Under the pieces are notes generated by a model that was not told where the DNA came from, searched no databases, and worked only from the letters and a program-made list of their open reading frames with translations. A stretch of DNA of 64,000 nucleotides, taken from assembly GCA_000708835.1 (NCBI GenBank), contig DF236985.1, positions 124,001-188,000 of the forward strand, in the 5' to 3' direction. Below, in pieces: positions 48,465 through 60,300 of the stretch (position 1 is the stretch's first letter; each line of letters opens with the position of its first letter). Made by a program: the position numbers and the translations under genes. This stretch comes from Klebsormidium nitens (taxonomy: Eukaryota > Plantae > Klebsormidiophyceae).

Positions 48465-50027
48465 AACAGCTTGTACAGAATGGGGACTCTAGACCGTGGG
48501 TGGATATCTCGCTTTTCATGCATTCAAGCTGTGTATATGCTCTGAAACTTCCGACGTCAGAAACAGAAAGGGATGCAGGTCGACCCTCTCCAGTGTTCAA
48601 AGTTTCGATGCTGTTGCAAGCCTGGTATGACGTTGGCATCCGGGCCGCTCAAGTGCCCGCAATCACCTCACTATGTCGCATTCGACAAAACTTAAGAAGG
48701 GCCATCAGCTCATTATGACGACCGCTCCAACCCAAAGCCGGGTAACTCTCTAAGCACAACGACACTCGGTAAGCTCTCAACTCAGAGGTACGCCCTGCTG
48801 CAGTGCTTAGCTGGTCGAAGAAACTGAGTTTGCCAAGTCCGCAGTGGCCAAGCCCCCGCGCGGGGAGCGGGTGGGAAATCGCCTGTAAGGGTGCTGATCG
48901 ATCATTGGATAGCAATTATCGTAGAATTGCTGTCATGATGGAATGTGGTATGCAACTATGTACGTAAATGGCTTTCAAGAGTGAATGAAACGATGTGGCA
49001 CCATGCATGCAATGTATTCGATGGCCTGCATGTCACTCCGCTGTAAGCGACCTTCTGCGCACCGCAACATGCTGCGGGCAGCCATGTGGAAAAGACCCGA
49101 CTTAAATTGCTATATATTGCCAGTGGGGCCCAATCACCTCGGACTTGATCATGACCAACAATGAGTATTGATCGAACCTTGCCAGTCGGTGTAGCTCATG
49201 AACGCGGATCTTTGCGCAGGCGACGGTTGGGCCAGTGATCGATGTGCACGTACACCGCGCTCCATGCATTTAGTTCGATCTGGCCGCGAGCTTTAAGCAT
49301 AAGACACGGCAATTTGTGTTCATGTGCTGTCGACACGCGGCATATAATTAGAAGTGCACAGCGGTTTCATGCGGCGACAGTCTTCAAGCCTAACGGAGTA
49401 CGTGATCCGTTGATCATCAGGGTCACTTTTGCTTAGGGACTTCGCAATATCAGGAAACCCTTGCCAGGGCTTTTGCAGAAGAAAAACCAACCCTTTGTCG
49501 TCCTCAAAGAAGCGCACTGACAAAGACGCACATCGACAGCACAATGTTGGCAGCAGCACGCGAGCTCAGAGTTCTGTTCCGCTCTTGAAGAGGGTTCGAC
49601 GGAATGATGCGAAAATGGGGCGGAATTTGGCCGGACATCCAGAAGGCACTCAGATGACTGGGTGCAGACCGAAAGGAAGCAATATTGCTTAGTAGGGAAT
49701 GGTGTGATCTGCACATGACGGTGATGCACCTGCAGCTCGGCGCGAGTGGCCACTGCTGACGGTCAGAACGAGCAGTGGCATCATGTGGCCTATATGACCA
49801 TGGTGACGCCGTATGAAGAAACGCGTGTAGATGGCCTGATTGACCTACAGTAGCTAGCGTTATGCTAGCAAGCTTGCGCAAAGTAGAGGCACTGCCTTTG
49901 CAAGAGAATGTTGCCGTCAAAAGGTGATACGAAACCGTGGAATACGTGGGCGTAATGTGCAAAGCTCTGTTATTCTCCTTCCTAGTTACTCAGACGAGTA
50001 TGCAGAGGCAATGTGGAGACTGATCTC

Positions 50028-51092
50028 TCACGGCCGATACTCTGTGTTGTGTGCCACATAGAGTTTCCTACGTCTGCTCTTAGACTCCTGAGTTCCTTCG
50101 CCCTGAGTTGCACAAGACGTAGATATGGCCCCTTCGGAAGTCTGGTGGCCAGACAAGGTGCACATCGAATCTAAAAAACGAACCAGCGCCCAGATAAGAC
50201 CAAAAGAGAGGAGGACGAATATCAAGCCTCCTGTGACGATCATGGAGATTTGCACGGGTAAGAGCCACTCCGATTCATCATTGAAGACAGGTTTCATTCG
50301 GCCACCGTATGGATCCCCCAGCCGTGTGCAGCTATCGGGGAAGCCCACATAGAAGCTCATGTTAGCATTCGCGCACAGCTCCAGTCTGAAGCCCGCACTC
50401 CGTTCTTCTAAGTACTGATTCAGCCCTTGGGAGGGTTGCGGAAGGCCCACCGGTCCCTGAGGCGCAATCTTGGTCGCTGGAACAAACTCCTCCATCGCAG
50501 CTGAAGCCACGAAGGAAGTGAACACTAGGACGATGACTACCGCTGTGACGAACAGGCTAGCTTCCACAAATGAAGCTTTCCGCACAAATGCCGAAATCTT
50601 AGCGATGTCATTCCGCAGTGATAGATCCTCTGAAGCGAGAATTTGCTGAGGCTGGAGCTTCTCAAGAGCGCGTTGCTTTCTGATGTCTTCCAGAGGATCA
50701 TGCGAGTACCCAAGGCGATGGAGGCCTTCCCAAATCAGGCCGACACAGCCGATACACATGACTGCTACAGCGGCGGTCAGCAGAGGCGGAGGATACTCGC
50801 AGCTCAGATTGCCGGGTGCCCGCACTTGGTAGAATTCATAGACGGGGCCAGCTGTGAAAGACTGGCATCTGATCACCTGGAGCGGCTGTGACTCGTTTGC
50901 TGGAAACAATGGGTTGGTCAGATTGGTGGCTCTCAGAAATTCGTTAACCAGAAGTGGCTCCGGCAACGAAAGCTGGCTCAGAATTTCTGTGCTGGTGGAG
51001 ACGTTCCTGGCAGCCTGCACGGGGTTGCTCTCTGTGATGAAGCAAATTGCAAGCAACACAATGAGTGCCGGCGCACCTTGAGCCCGCCCCAT
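50028..51092 (-). CDS. Uncharacterised intronless membrane protein (signal peptide + about 3 transmembrane helices)
   Basis: Open frame of 364 codons. Signal-like MGRAQGAPALIVLLAICFITES from the ATG at 51092. Hydrophobic spans LLTAAVAVMCIGCVGLIWEGL, LFVTAVVIVLVFTSFVASAAM and ISMIVTGGLIFVLLSFGLIWALV, plus several N-x-S/T sequons. No family recognised. Confidence 0.55.
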   Translation of the reverse strand: MGRAQGAPALIVLLAICFITESNPVQAARNVSTSTEILSQLSLPEPLLVNEFLRATNLTNPLFPANESQPLQVIRCQSFTAGPVYEFYQVRAPGNLSCEYPPPLLTAAVAVMCIGCVGLIWEGLHRLGYSHDPLEDIRKQRALEKLQPQQILASEDLSLRNDIAKISAFVRKASFVEASLFVTAVVIVLVFTSFVASAAMEEFVPATKIAPQGPVGLPQPSQGLNQYLEERSAGFRLELCANANMSFYVGFPDSCTRLGDPYGGRMKPVFNDESEWLLPVQISMIVTGGLIFVLLSFGLIWALVRFLDSMCTLSGHQTSEGAISTSCATQGEGTQESKSRRRKLYVAHNTEYRP

Positions 51093-52269
51093 ATTCGCCG
51101 CTCTCAGAGTATCTTGATGCAAGAGCGCCTGCTCAGGCTGCTGTTTTTAGTGTCCTGATTTCAGGAGCCGCGGCCGCGGGCCGCTGACGCCACAGCGCGA
51201 CAGAGTTTTAGCAGGGTTTAAGCCTGTCGAACAAGTAAGTCTGCATGAGACTGTGCAATATTACGGCCCAGTATACAGTACTGAAGAGCACAAGGCCCAA
51301 TCTGAACCGTTGACCCCTGCAGCAAGTTCGTTTCTTCTGATCTGACGACTCCAATTTGTTCCTAAAACGCCACCACCAATCTCGCACCAAGAATTTACGA
51401 GGCAAGGTCATTGTGAGACATGCACGAAGGAACGGCTCTTTCTTTGGAAAGTCCGAAAGACCTCGCGCCAGCATAGACTTCGCCTTACATTTTTGGAGCG
51501 CGCTCTTCGAGAAAGTCCGCCTCATTTGCGCTGAAGGCATTGCTGGTTGCTGCAACAGAGGACGAGCGCCATTGAACGACTCAAGAGCGTTTCCCAAGAT
51601 AGAAGATTACAATCTCAATTCTCATATGTGAAAGCAGATTGTAACATAATATGGTTCCTTGAACATGCAGCTTTCACACATCCCTGGATCCTTAAGCCAG
51701 CTTTTATAAGGTAAGATCTCAGATCCGTCTTCTGATTTTGCTTAGATGCCTTCGGAAAATTGGATTCAAGTAAACATCAAATTAAAGCTGTTGGATACTG
51801 ATGGCTTTTCATTCTCGAAGACGTGGGATGACAGGTCAGCTGAGTTACGCTTTGTATGCCAGCATCCTTCATCATCCCTAATCCTTCTCTGTATCATCTA
51901 GAGCCTTTTTCCGCTGGCATGCTTCAGTATGAAGGTCTAGGTTATGGATCAGGAGAACTGCAACCACAAAGATTTGAAGAAGAGATTGCAGGTGCCAGAT
52001 CCGAAGGACTCTTCGCTTTGATTATGATCAAAGATTGCCCGGTAGCCCAAGAATGACTTGGGTTGTGGTCTGAAACAACATCTGACATTCCCCAAAAGTC
52101 ACTTAGCTGCCTCGTCCCCATAACGATGCATGTGCGTCTTGCAGACCTTTGAAATTTGAGTTCAAGTCGGAGTGGTTTGACTTTGAAGGTGAAGTGCCAT
52201 TATCTGAAGTTGTACGGTGAGAGACAGCTTCCTCTGGCTTCCTCCAAGATTCATCAGTGGAGCGCAGTC

Positions 52270-55222
52270 ATGGAAGACTTCAGTCCCCAGCGGTTGCGAC
52301 GCATGGGCCTTCCCGAAGACCTGAGGACTTCCGGAAAAGCTCTGTTTGGGACACGCTTCAAGCCCATGGAGATATCTTTTGAAGAGTTCTCGAGCACTGT
52401 CAAAGAGCTGGTTCAGGAAGTTGGGGCCTCATGGAAGGACTCCAGTTGCTCAGCCCCGAATGACATCTTCATCAGCATCACAGGATGGCCAGGCCTGCCC
52501 GCTGGTGAGAAGATTGACCTAGGTCTTCGCAGCAGCTACGAAAAGCACCATGGGAACATCAATAGCATTCGGGATTGCCAGAAGGTCATGAAGGAGCATA
52601 TCACCGTCATCTGCAACTTTGAAGCGCAATTGAGGTCAGAAGCCGATTCCGCATTCGAGAAGCTTATCCCGAGAGTCAGGACGCTAGACCAGATGCAGAA
52701 CCTGGAAGCGCAGCAGAAAAGTGGAGCTCAGCTTTACAAGAGGAGCTTGAGAGAACAGGGCTCGGACGCTTTGGCAGATCACGTGAGCAGGCTCATCTAC
52801 CGTCCGGTCAGCGCCGGATCAGGGCAACTTCAGATGGCGCTTACCGAGAGCACAGAGATCAGTGGCGAAGCAATTGAGCGTCTCGATCGTTGGCTGCCAC
52901 GTGTCTATCTGTTAGCCAACAACCTCACGGAGGAGGAAGCCTTTGACATCGCCATCAGGAACCTCGATCGAGCCACGCCCGAGAACCTGCGGTGCACTCT
53001 GTTCAAGTCCCAAGATGGAATTGAGCATTACTTGAAGACGCGGCCCCCCCAGAGCATCTACCTTACCAGCTTACATCGTCTGGACCAAAGATACGTTTCG
53101 ATAAATTGTTCCGATGACCGGGCCTTGCCACGGATGCTGCTGCCACGCGTTGTGGAGTGCATAGCAAAGAGCCTGAAGTGTGAGCCGAGGAGCGTGGTGA
53201 TAATTCCATGGTGAGTTGGACTTCAGTTTTGTCGTCCTTAGGAACCCCAGGAACGTGCTTCCCGCTTAAAAAGCAAGGACCATTGCTTTCTGTGGGTACT
53301 CTCGGAGGGAGCACTTTGATTGAGTCTGCTGAAAGGATGCTCATGCTGAATCTCCGACGATCTCGACCTTCTCTACAAGGTCAGAAGGCTGTTCCAACAT
53401 CCTATGCAATTGTTGGTCAGAATCATTCGAGTTCCCTGGTTCGACTCATTTTACATGCTGCAATTTCACCGCCTCGTCTCTATACTGGGCTTCCTATGCG
53501 CTCCTTCGCGTCTCCATAAGAATCTGCTCCGGTAGTTTGAGGTTGGTATCGCTCTACCACAGGCAGTTATGCCAAACAAATCGAAGTTGTCTCATATTGT
53601 CTCACGAGGATAGCCCTTAAGTCACCGTTCAATTCGTTCATTTCGTTTCTCCGCAGGGCTGAGGACCAGATCTTTGCCGGCTGCTGCGAGCGTTTCGATA
53701 GCATGCAACATTTGGCGAGAGTGCAGCGGATGCAGATGTACCGAATCCAGAAGATACACGGTGGAACATCTCCAGACGACCCTACCGGGTGCGCCTGTAT
53801 TTTCATTACCCTCTAGAAGCTCGACGTCATCCCTGTTTTTTCGTTAAAGCGAGGTGCAAATGGGTTGAAAGAGTGAGGCAGGACGCTTAAAAGGTTTGAA
53901 AATTGGTCCCTGATTTGATGTAAAGATCAGAGTTCTTCGATGGCAGCTTGACAATAAAGGATGGACACCTTTTGGAACCCGCAGAACTTTAAGAAGCAAA
54001 CAAAAGCTTGGTATGTTTAGAGAATGCTCTCTCCTGAACCTGCGGATTGCCACCCAAATGGCTCGACTTGCATGTTGTTATCCTTTGGCGTCCTTCAAGA
54101 TATTTTGGATCAGGGCCTGTCGATTCGTTACAGGCTTCCATATTGCTGAGATTCATGCTGACGCAAACAAAGCAAAAGATGGACTCTAGCCAATCCGTTC
54201 TGCTCTGCAGGTAAGCACTCTGCGCGACGCAAAGGGCCTGGTGGAGCTGACCCCATACGAGGTCTACGGCGGCGTGCACGGTCTGCAGAAATGGATCGAC
54301 CACAAGCCGGTGACGATGTATGCCGTCCCCAAGACCGACCAGGACATTGAGGACTTTGAGAAGGCGCCTACGGTGCTCGTGCTGGACGAGAGCTTCTTCA
54401 TGCTCAAGCACTGCTGGCAGGTGGGGCGGCCGATTCAATAATACGAAGCGTTCCGCGCCTTCCTTCAAATGTTCTCGTCTGCACTGACTAAGTCCAGTGG
54501 TTTGCGCCAAGCTCGAGAACGGAGATGGTCGACCGGTGTCTCAAGATGCTCGGCTGTTCAGATTTTTGAAAGTCGACACTTGAATCGTATGATTGGTAAT
54601 TCTCGATACACGTGAATCTCAGTGGTGAGGAATACACTGGATATGTAATGAAGAAAGCCTTGACAAATTGCTGCTTGTGCAGTGCCGGAAGGAAGGCACG
54701 GCTCTCATGAAATGTGCAAAGTGCGAGAAAGCTCGATACTGCTCCAAAGGTGAGGAAACACCCAGATTAAGCACTTATCAGAGGGTGGAAAGCGTTGCTT
54801 CATCAAGTAGTGCTTGTCTGGAATCACAATGTCGAAGTTTGCGTAGGCGAGATAGAAGCTGTCGTCCATTCCTTGTTCACAGGCCACAGAAAGTGTGCCA
54901 TCTCTAATCACATCGTGTTCAAGGATTTCAGGAGTGAGATGAAAGTACAACTAGCATCAGAATTGAGTAGATCAGGACGAGGTGTGTCTATCTCTAAGCT
55001 TGGAAACGTTTTGCAGCTTGTCAAAAGGCCGACTGGAAGTCAGGACACCGGGACGAGTGCGAAGCCAGGAAGTACTCCTTCGCTCACTGGCAAGATCAAC
55101 CTGGTGGCGTGATCACAATTGAGAAGTCGAAAGAAACAGAGAGAATGTTCAAGAAGGCTGCGAAACAGCTCAGAGAATCTATGAACATGGAGAAAGTAGA
55201 GGAGAAAAGCGGAGTAATTTGA
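52270..55222 (+). CDS. MYND-type zinc-finger protein with a large unrecognised N-terminal region, about 5 exons
   Basis: Exon 1 (52270-53210) ends CCA TG|gtgagt and joins G GCT GAG at 53657. Later exons are about 54211-54420, 54683-54749 and 55017-55222. The spliced finger reads HCWQCRKEGTALMKCAKCEKARYCSKACQKADWKSGHRDEC, a complete MYND consensus. The exon 2/3 junction is not resolved. Confidence 0.75.
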
Positions 55223-57346
55223 TTTGCTTCTCATCTGCATCCGAACCACTTGGTTATTCCGGGTAGCGCATGCTAAAAGTCACGAGGACCTTGTTGATTT
55301 CGAGCTAGGAGCTCGACAATTGTGAAGCGAGACAAGGCTCTAGCTTGGTTTGCAATGCTTCCTTGAATGTTCTGTATTTCAACAGTATTCCGCCTGGAGC
55401 CATGCAGCTGACTTCTTGATCTTAAAATGTGTCCAGCACAGAAGATGGCAACTTTGTCCTTTGCTTCCTCTTAAAATGTTTGGCTCAGCAGGGTTCTCCT
55501 CGCATGTTACGACGTTGGTCCTGAATAAGTATGAGTTTTATACTATAGTATTTATATGTCGCGGCTATCATGGTAATCAAGAGTTTGATCCAAGCGTACT
55601 TTTCGTGCCCCATCCTGATACAGGTTGGATTTTCTCGGTATGATCGTTGAAACAGCTCTTTGCTTTCTTATTGCCGCATCAGATCAAACAATGGAACCAT
55701 TTTATGCCACTAGCGCTCGAAAAGGCAGCGCGTGGCAACTGCTGGCACCATGCACGTCTCTCCATTTCAAACGTCGAGCGCCTACGTACGTTATAGCGAG
55801 CTGAAGCGCCATTGATGACGTGCCACTTTGTCAATTTGGACTGTGTGAACTGGGTGTACAGAGTACGTCATGAGTGTCATGAGGCCCATTGACATTCCTT
55901 GAATGGAAGCCGGGACGCGCAGTCCGACGCGCGTAGAACGATGGCAATTGGGCAGAGCCTTTAATGAAAACAATGAGCATGTGTCTGTATTTCATTGAGC
56001 GTGTGTCTGTATTTCAAATGCGCACCTGATCCGACTCACCTGAAACCCAATGAAACGTCGGCCCAGGCATCCACTAGGCATCCACTAAGAAGTAGCGAGC
56101 ACAGCGAGCAGGCCCCGCGGACCGTGGCGCCGCGGCGTTCGGCAGCCGCGGCCGGCATTCCTACTCTGACTGTGACTCGGGGTTCAGGACGTCGGAGGAT
56201 TCAGCGGCATGAATTCACTCAGGGACCTCAAGGCCCACGGCTGGGCGGCGGTTTCTTTATGCAACCTCTGCCAGCCCTGTAACGCCAGTCGATACCGGAA
56301 TACGCTGCCGGGCAAGTCGACCCGCTAAAAGTATTTGTCGTCGATTTTATATAAAAACATATTGTGGGGACAAATTGTAGTGCGGATATATCGGTGAATT
56401 GTGGCAGATTCAAACCGTCGATGCTCGATACGACAGGATTTTCCGGCCGCCGATAAAATGGAGGGCGGACACCAACGTTCGCGCGAAGTGTTGTGTGGAA
56501 GCCGCCGGCCGCCGATTACATATTGTGCACCTGATCCTCAAAGTTTGCAGCTCTGCAGCTCTATCACTCCAGAATTAGGGATCAGCAATCTCTGACAACA
56601 ACAGGCTTGCGGAACTGACCCATTTCACCCTACGAGGTGTAAGCTTCAGAGGCACGAAACCCAGTCGTGAAAGTAGATGGGAGCGAGCACTCAATTTGCA
56701 GCAGTCGCAGACACAGCTGAACAGCTGACCAGCTGACCAGCTGAACTGCGACCCGCGCAAGAAAGGTGATAGCAACTCTATTCAGTAGCTAAAAAGATCT
56801 AGGATTGGAGGCTCAAAGGACTGACGCACTCCATGCAGTTTGTGGGCCATTGAACCAGAAGCCTTGATGGTTTGATACTCGAATGCTGGCAAGGAGAACC
56901 TTTGTTGGCGCCCGGCCTCTCAAACCGTAGCTTCTGAGCTAGCAATATTCTCAATGCTGCATAGTTTGTGAGAGCAAGTTGACTTGAAGGCAGCACAGAT
57001 CTTGAAGACAGAGGTGACCAGCCGGCAGCTTGGCCAGAGAATATAAGTTGCAGCATGCTTGCGAGCATTTGCAACCTACCGTGGCGGTCATTGTAGAAGC
57101 TTTATCATTAAAATTTGACGTCTTAAGCGAGATATGAACTGTCCTGTGCCAGTGGTTCAAACTTGCTTTACATGTGCCACATGTGAGGCAAATCCCCGAG
57201 AATTCTGAACACGCCAGACTTAGAGGGCACAGATACACTGGTTGCTCCATAAGAAAGCTGGTCTGAGCAAAGGCGGACCACCAGCTGCGCTTTGGCAACA
57301 AGCGCCGTCACTTGTGGGTAATAAAAAAGTCTAGAGCTGGCGCAGG

Positions 57347-60300
57347 ATGAAGTGGAAAAGGGCTGCGCTCTCGGCGCTCGTTCTCATAGTGCTGACGTCA
57401 GCAGCGCTTGCGGGCCCGCTTGACAACACGGAATGGACGGCTGGGCGGGCAACGTTCTACGCAGGCGCTGGCGCAGGTAATTGGGCTGACAATTCCGGGC
57501 CTAGTTCGCATTTATTTTGGGGCGGCCATCAGATCCGACTGTCAGTAATCGTACCTCGGGGCAGTTAAACGAGTTCTTTATTGCTTAAGTGGTGCTCTTG
57601 TGGGGACTTTCAAGAAGCAGGAATGATGTGCCATGGAGCTTGGACTTTCAGCAGATGTCAGCGTACTTTCAGCCGTTTTACCGCTCTGAGGCGTCGTGCA
57701 AGAATGGTAAAGTAGTAGGGTGAATTGATTGGTATGGTCAGCTTCAGCTTGATACACGAAAGCAGTTGGGTAAAGATGCAATGCAATGCCAACCATTTGA
57801 CAAGAAGGTAATTACTGGAGTTGCAGGTTAAGGCTCGTTGTGCAAGCAACTGGGGTCTCGTATTCAGGAGACAAGATTTCCTTCAGCAGTAGCACAGCAA
57901 ATGAGGACGGCCAAAAGCCCGACCTTTGAATTTGGGGCTAGGAATTTACCAGCTCAGAGTCATAGAAGAACCTGCTTCCGATCCATCTAGGACTTTACCA
58001 GCTAAAGTTGGGAGGGAACGTCCTCATGTGCTCACTAGAAGCTGTAGTCGTGCTTGCTTACAGTAGAGGTCCCACCCAGAAGCGTTGCAGAAACTTGACA
58101 GTCTGGTAGATTCCTTGTTAGCTATTTTACCACAAGAGTCACGGCTCTACTTTTTCAATGGTTATGGAGCCAGATGGGGTCTGGCAAGAAAGCCTGCACG
58201 TCTGCTCAGTACTGGCACTATCACAGCAAGTGCCAACAGAATCGTCACTTACGCTCATGGACCACACAATATCAAGAGCCTCAACGGGCTTCTCTCTCTC
58301 TGTCAAAAACGACGATGCAGTCCGGTAACTGCTGCATCTTCTTTAGGGGACTGATTGTAAGTAGCCCGTTCTTTCTCCAGGGGGCCAGTGTCGCTACTTT
58401 GGCTACTACGGAAACAATGTCGTAGCCATCGGGACTGACCAGTTCCAAGGAGGTCTGGTAAGTCGAGCATCGGCACCTATTCCTTCTAGGATCTTAGATT
58501 GAGGCACAATCGCGGTTTCGTGCGATTACCACTTGCTTGAGGTCAGAAGGCCTGAGCTTTCAGATCTTGATTCATCAAGGACTGAGCTCTCAGCTTTTGA
58601 TTCATCAACCGATTAAGAAGAGAAGTCTTTGCGAATGGCGAGCAGGTAGATCCAAGAGGATGGTAGTCACTTGTGCAGCTCGAGGTGGTTGATTCTGCTG
58701 CTTCAGAGCTCATTCTGCCGCTGAGCTTATTCTAAAACCGCTCCGGTGGTCTGAGAAGATGCCACGTGTCCTTTCGCGCAGGTGTGCGGGGCATGCTTCG
58801 AGGTCCAGTGCGATAGCTCCCGCAGCAACGACTGCGTCCCTGGCGCAGGGCCCATCACTGTGACACTGTCCGACGAGACGGACGTGTGCAGGTGAGCAGA
58901 GAAGCCTCTCAAGCTCTCCAGCGAGGCTGGGTGTGATCTGAGGTCTTGAGAGCTGTGGGTACGACGTGCGGAGCGCATGACCAGTCTGGCTTTTATGTTC
59001 TAGCTGACGTGTCGCAGCTCGTGTGAGCGGAACTCTTTAGCTGACATCAGCTTCCAAGGAAGGCCGTGTGGTGCAAGGCTTCGAGAACTTGGGCAGGCCT
59101 GCGAGTAGTCGCCTTCGAGAGAAGCTCACACGCCTTGCCGAATCGCTTCGCCTCTTTCGCGATCACATCAAGCGAGTGCTTGATCTGTTCGCCTGCGAAG
59201 GCTTTATATTGGACTTTAAATGACGTCCCTGCCGACAAATCTGAGTCCAGTAGCATGCAAGGAAGCTGCAGAAAGCAGAGACGCAACGAGTCTGACGAGA
59301 TGGCAGCCCGTCAGAGTAGTCTGCAGAGCTTTAACGGTCGCCTCTTACATCCAAAAACGCCATTTCCCGGCTGCATTGAGCCTCTTTGGCCCCTGCAAAT
59401 GTGTGCTTGTGCAAAGGTGGATATACCTGATGCCTTTGTAGCTCGAACGACAACAACTGCGAAGGCACGGGCTACCATTTCGACTTCGATCCAGCGGGCT
59501 TCGCGCAAATCGCCAACGTGCAGGCAGGCATCGTCTTCATCCAGTGGCGTCGGTAAGTAGACCGCAAACAGACCCAATCGTTTCAACGGAATAGTTTCCT
59601 ATCAAAAATGCTGATTCTGCAGAAGAGCTCTGGGTTGCAAGCGGATTGACGTCTGCTCGAAGAGCGCAATGGTGGGTCCCGAGATCACCTGCTTGATGCG
59701 CCGCATCTAAAAACATCCAAAAATCCAGATTCGTGTTGAAGTGCTGACGTCGATGACCAGAGAGAGCCATGACAAGTTCGTATGCCCGCTCCGTTCACTC
59801 GTTTAGGGTGCGCGTCGACCGAAAAGCTGCACAAAGCTTTCCAGATTTCTTAGCCAATCGGATGGCTTTCCAAATCCACGAGGTAGACTAAGGTACATAA
59901 CCATAGAAGTATTACAGCTTGAACAGCACCGTACCTCCTACCTGTCGGTACTATAAAGGCAACACTGGCAGCCAAGTAGGTTTTCGGTCGACGCGCAACC
60001 TTATTTCTCTTCAGGAAGCACTTGCCGACCTGTAAGGCACCCTTCATATCAAAGCTGTCTTCTCATGATTCGGTTGCTCACAGACGTCCGGCGAGCGTTG
60101 TCGCTCCAGAGATGGATGATGTAGAACGAGCATTCAGGAGACTTGCATATTGGGATGGACCCCGGCACGAGAACACGAGATTCGGCACGTCCTAAAAGGC
60201 CAATCGCTGGCTAAACCCCCGCTAACCACAACTCAAACGAACTCCAATCACTCCGTCCTTATTTTCTCCAGCGTCCAGTGCCAGCGCCAGGGCAACATCC

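Noticed and set aside
56278-56520. TGTAA...TTACA-bounded segment resembling a solo LTR
   Set aside because: No target-site duplication (agccc versus tattg) and no second copy in the window.
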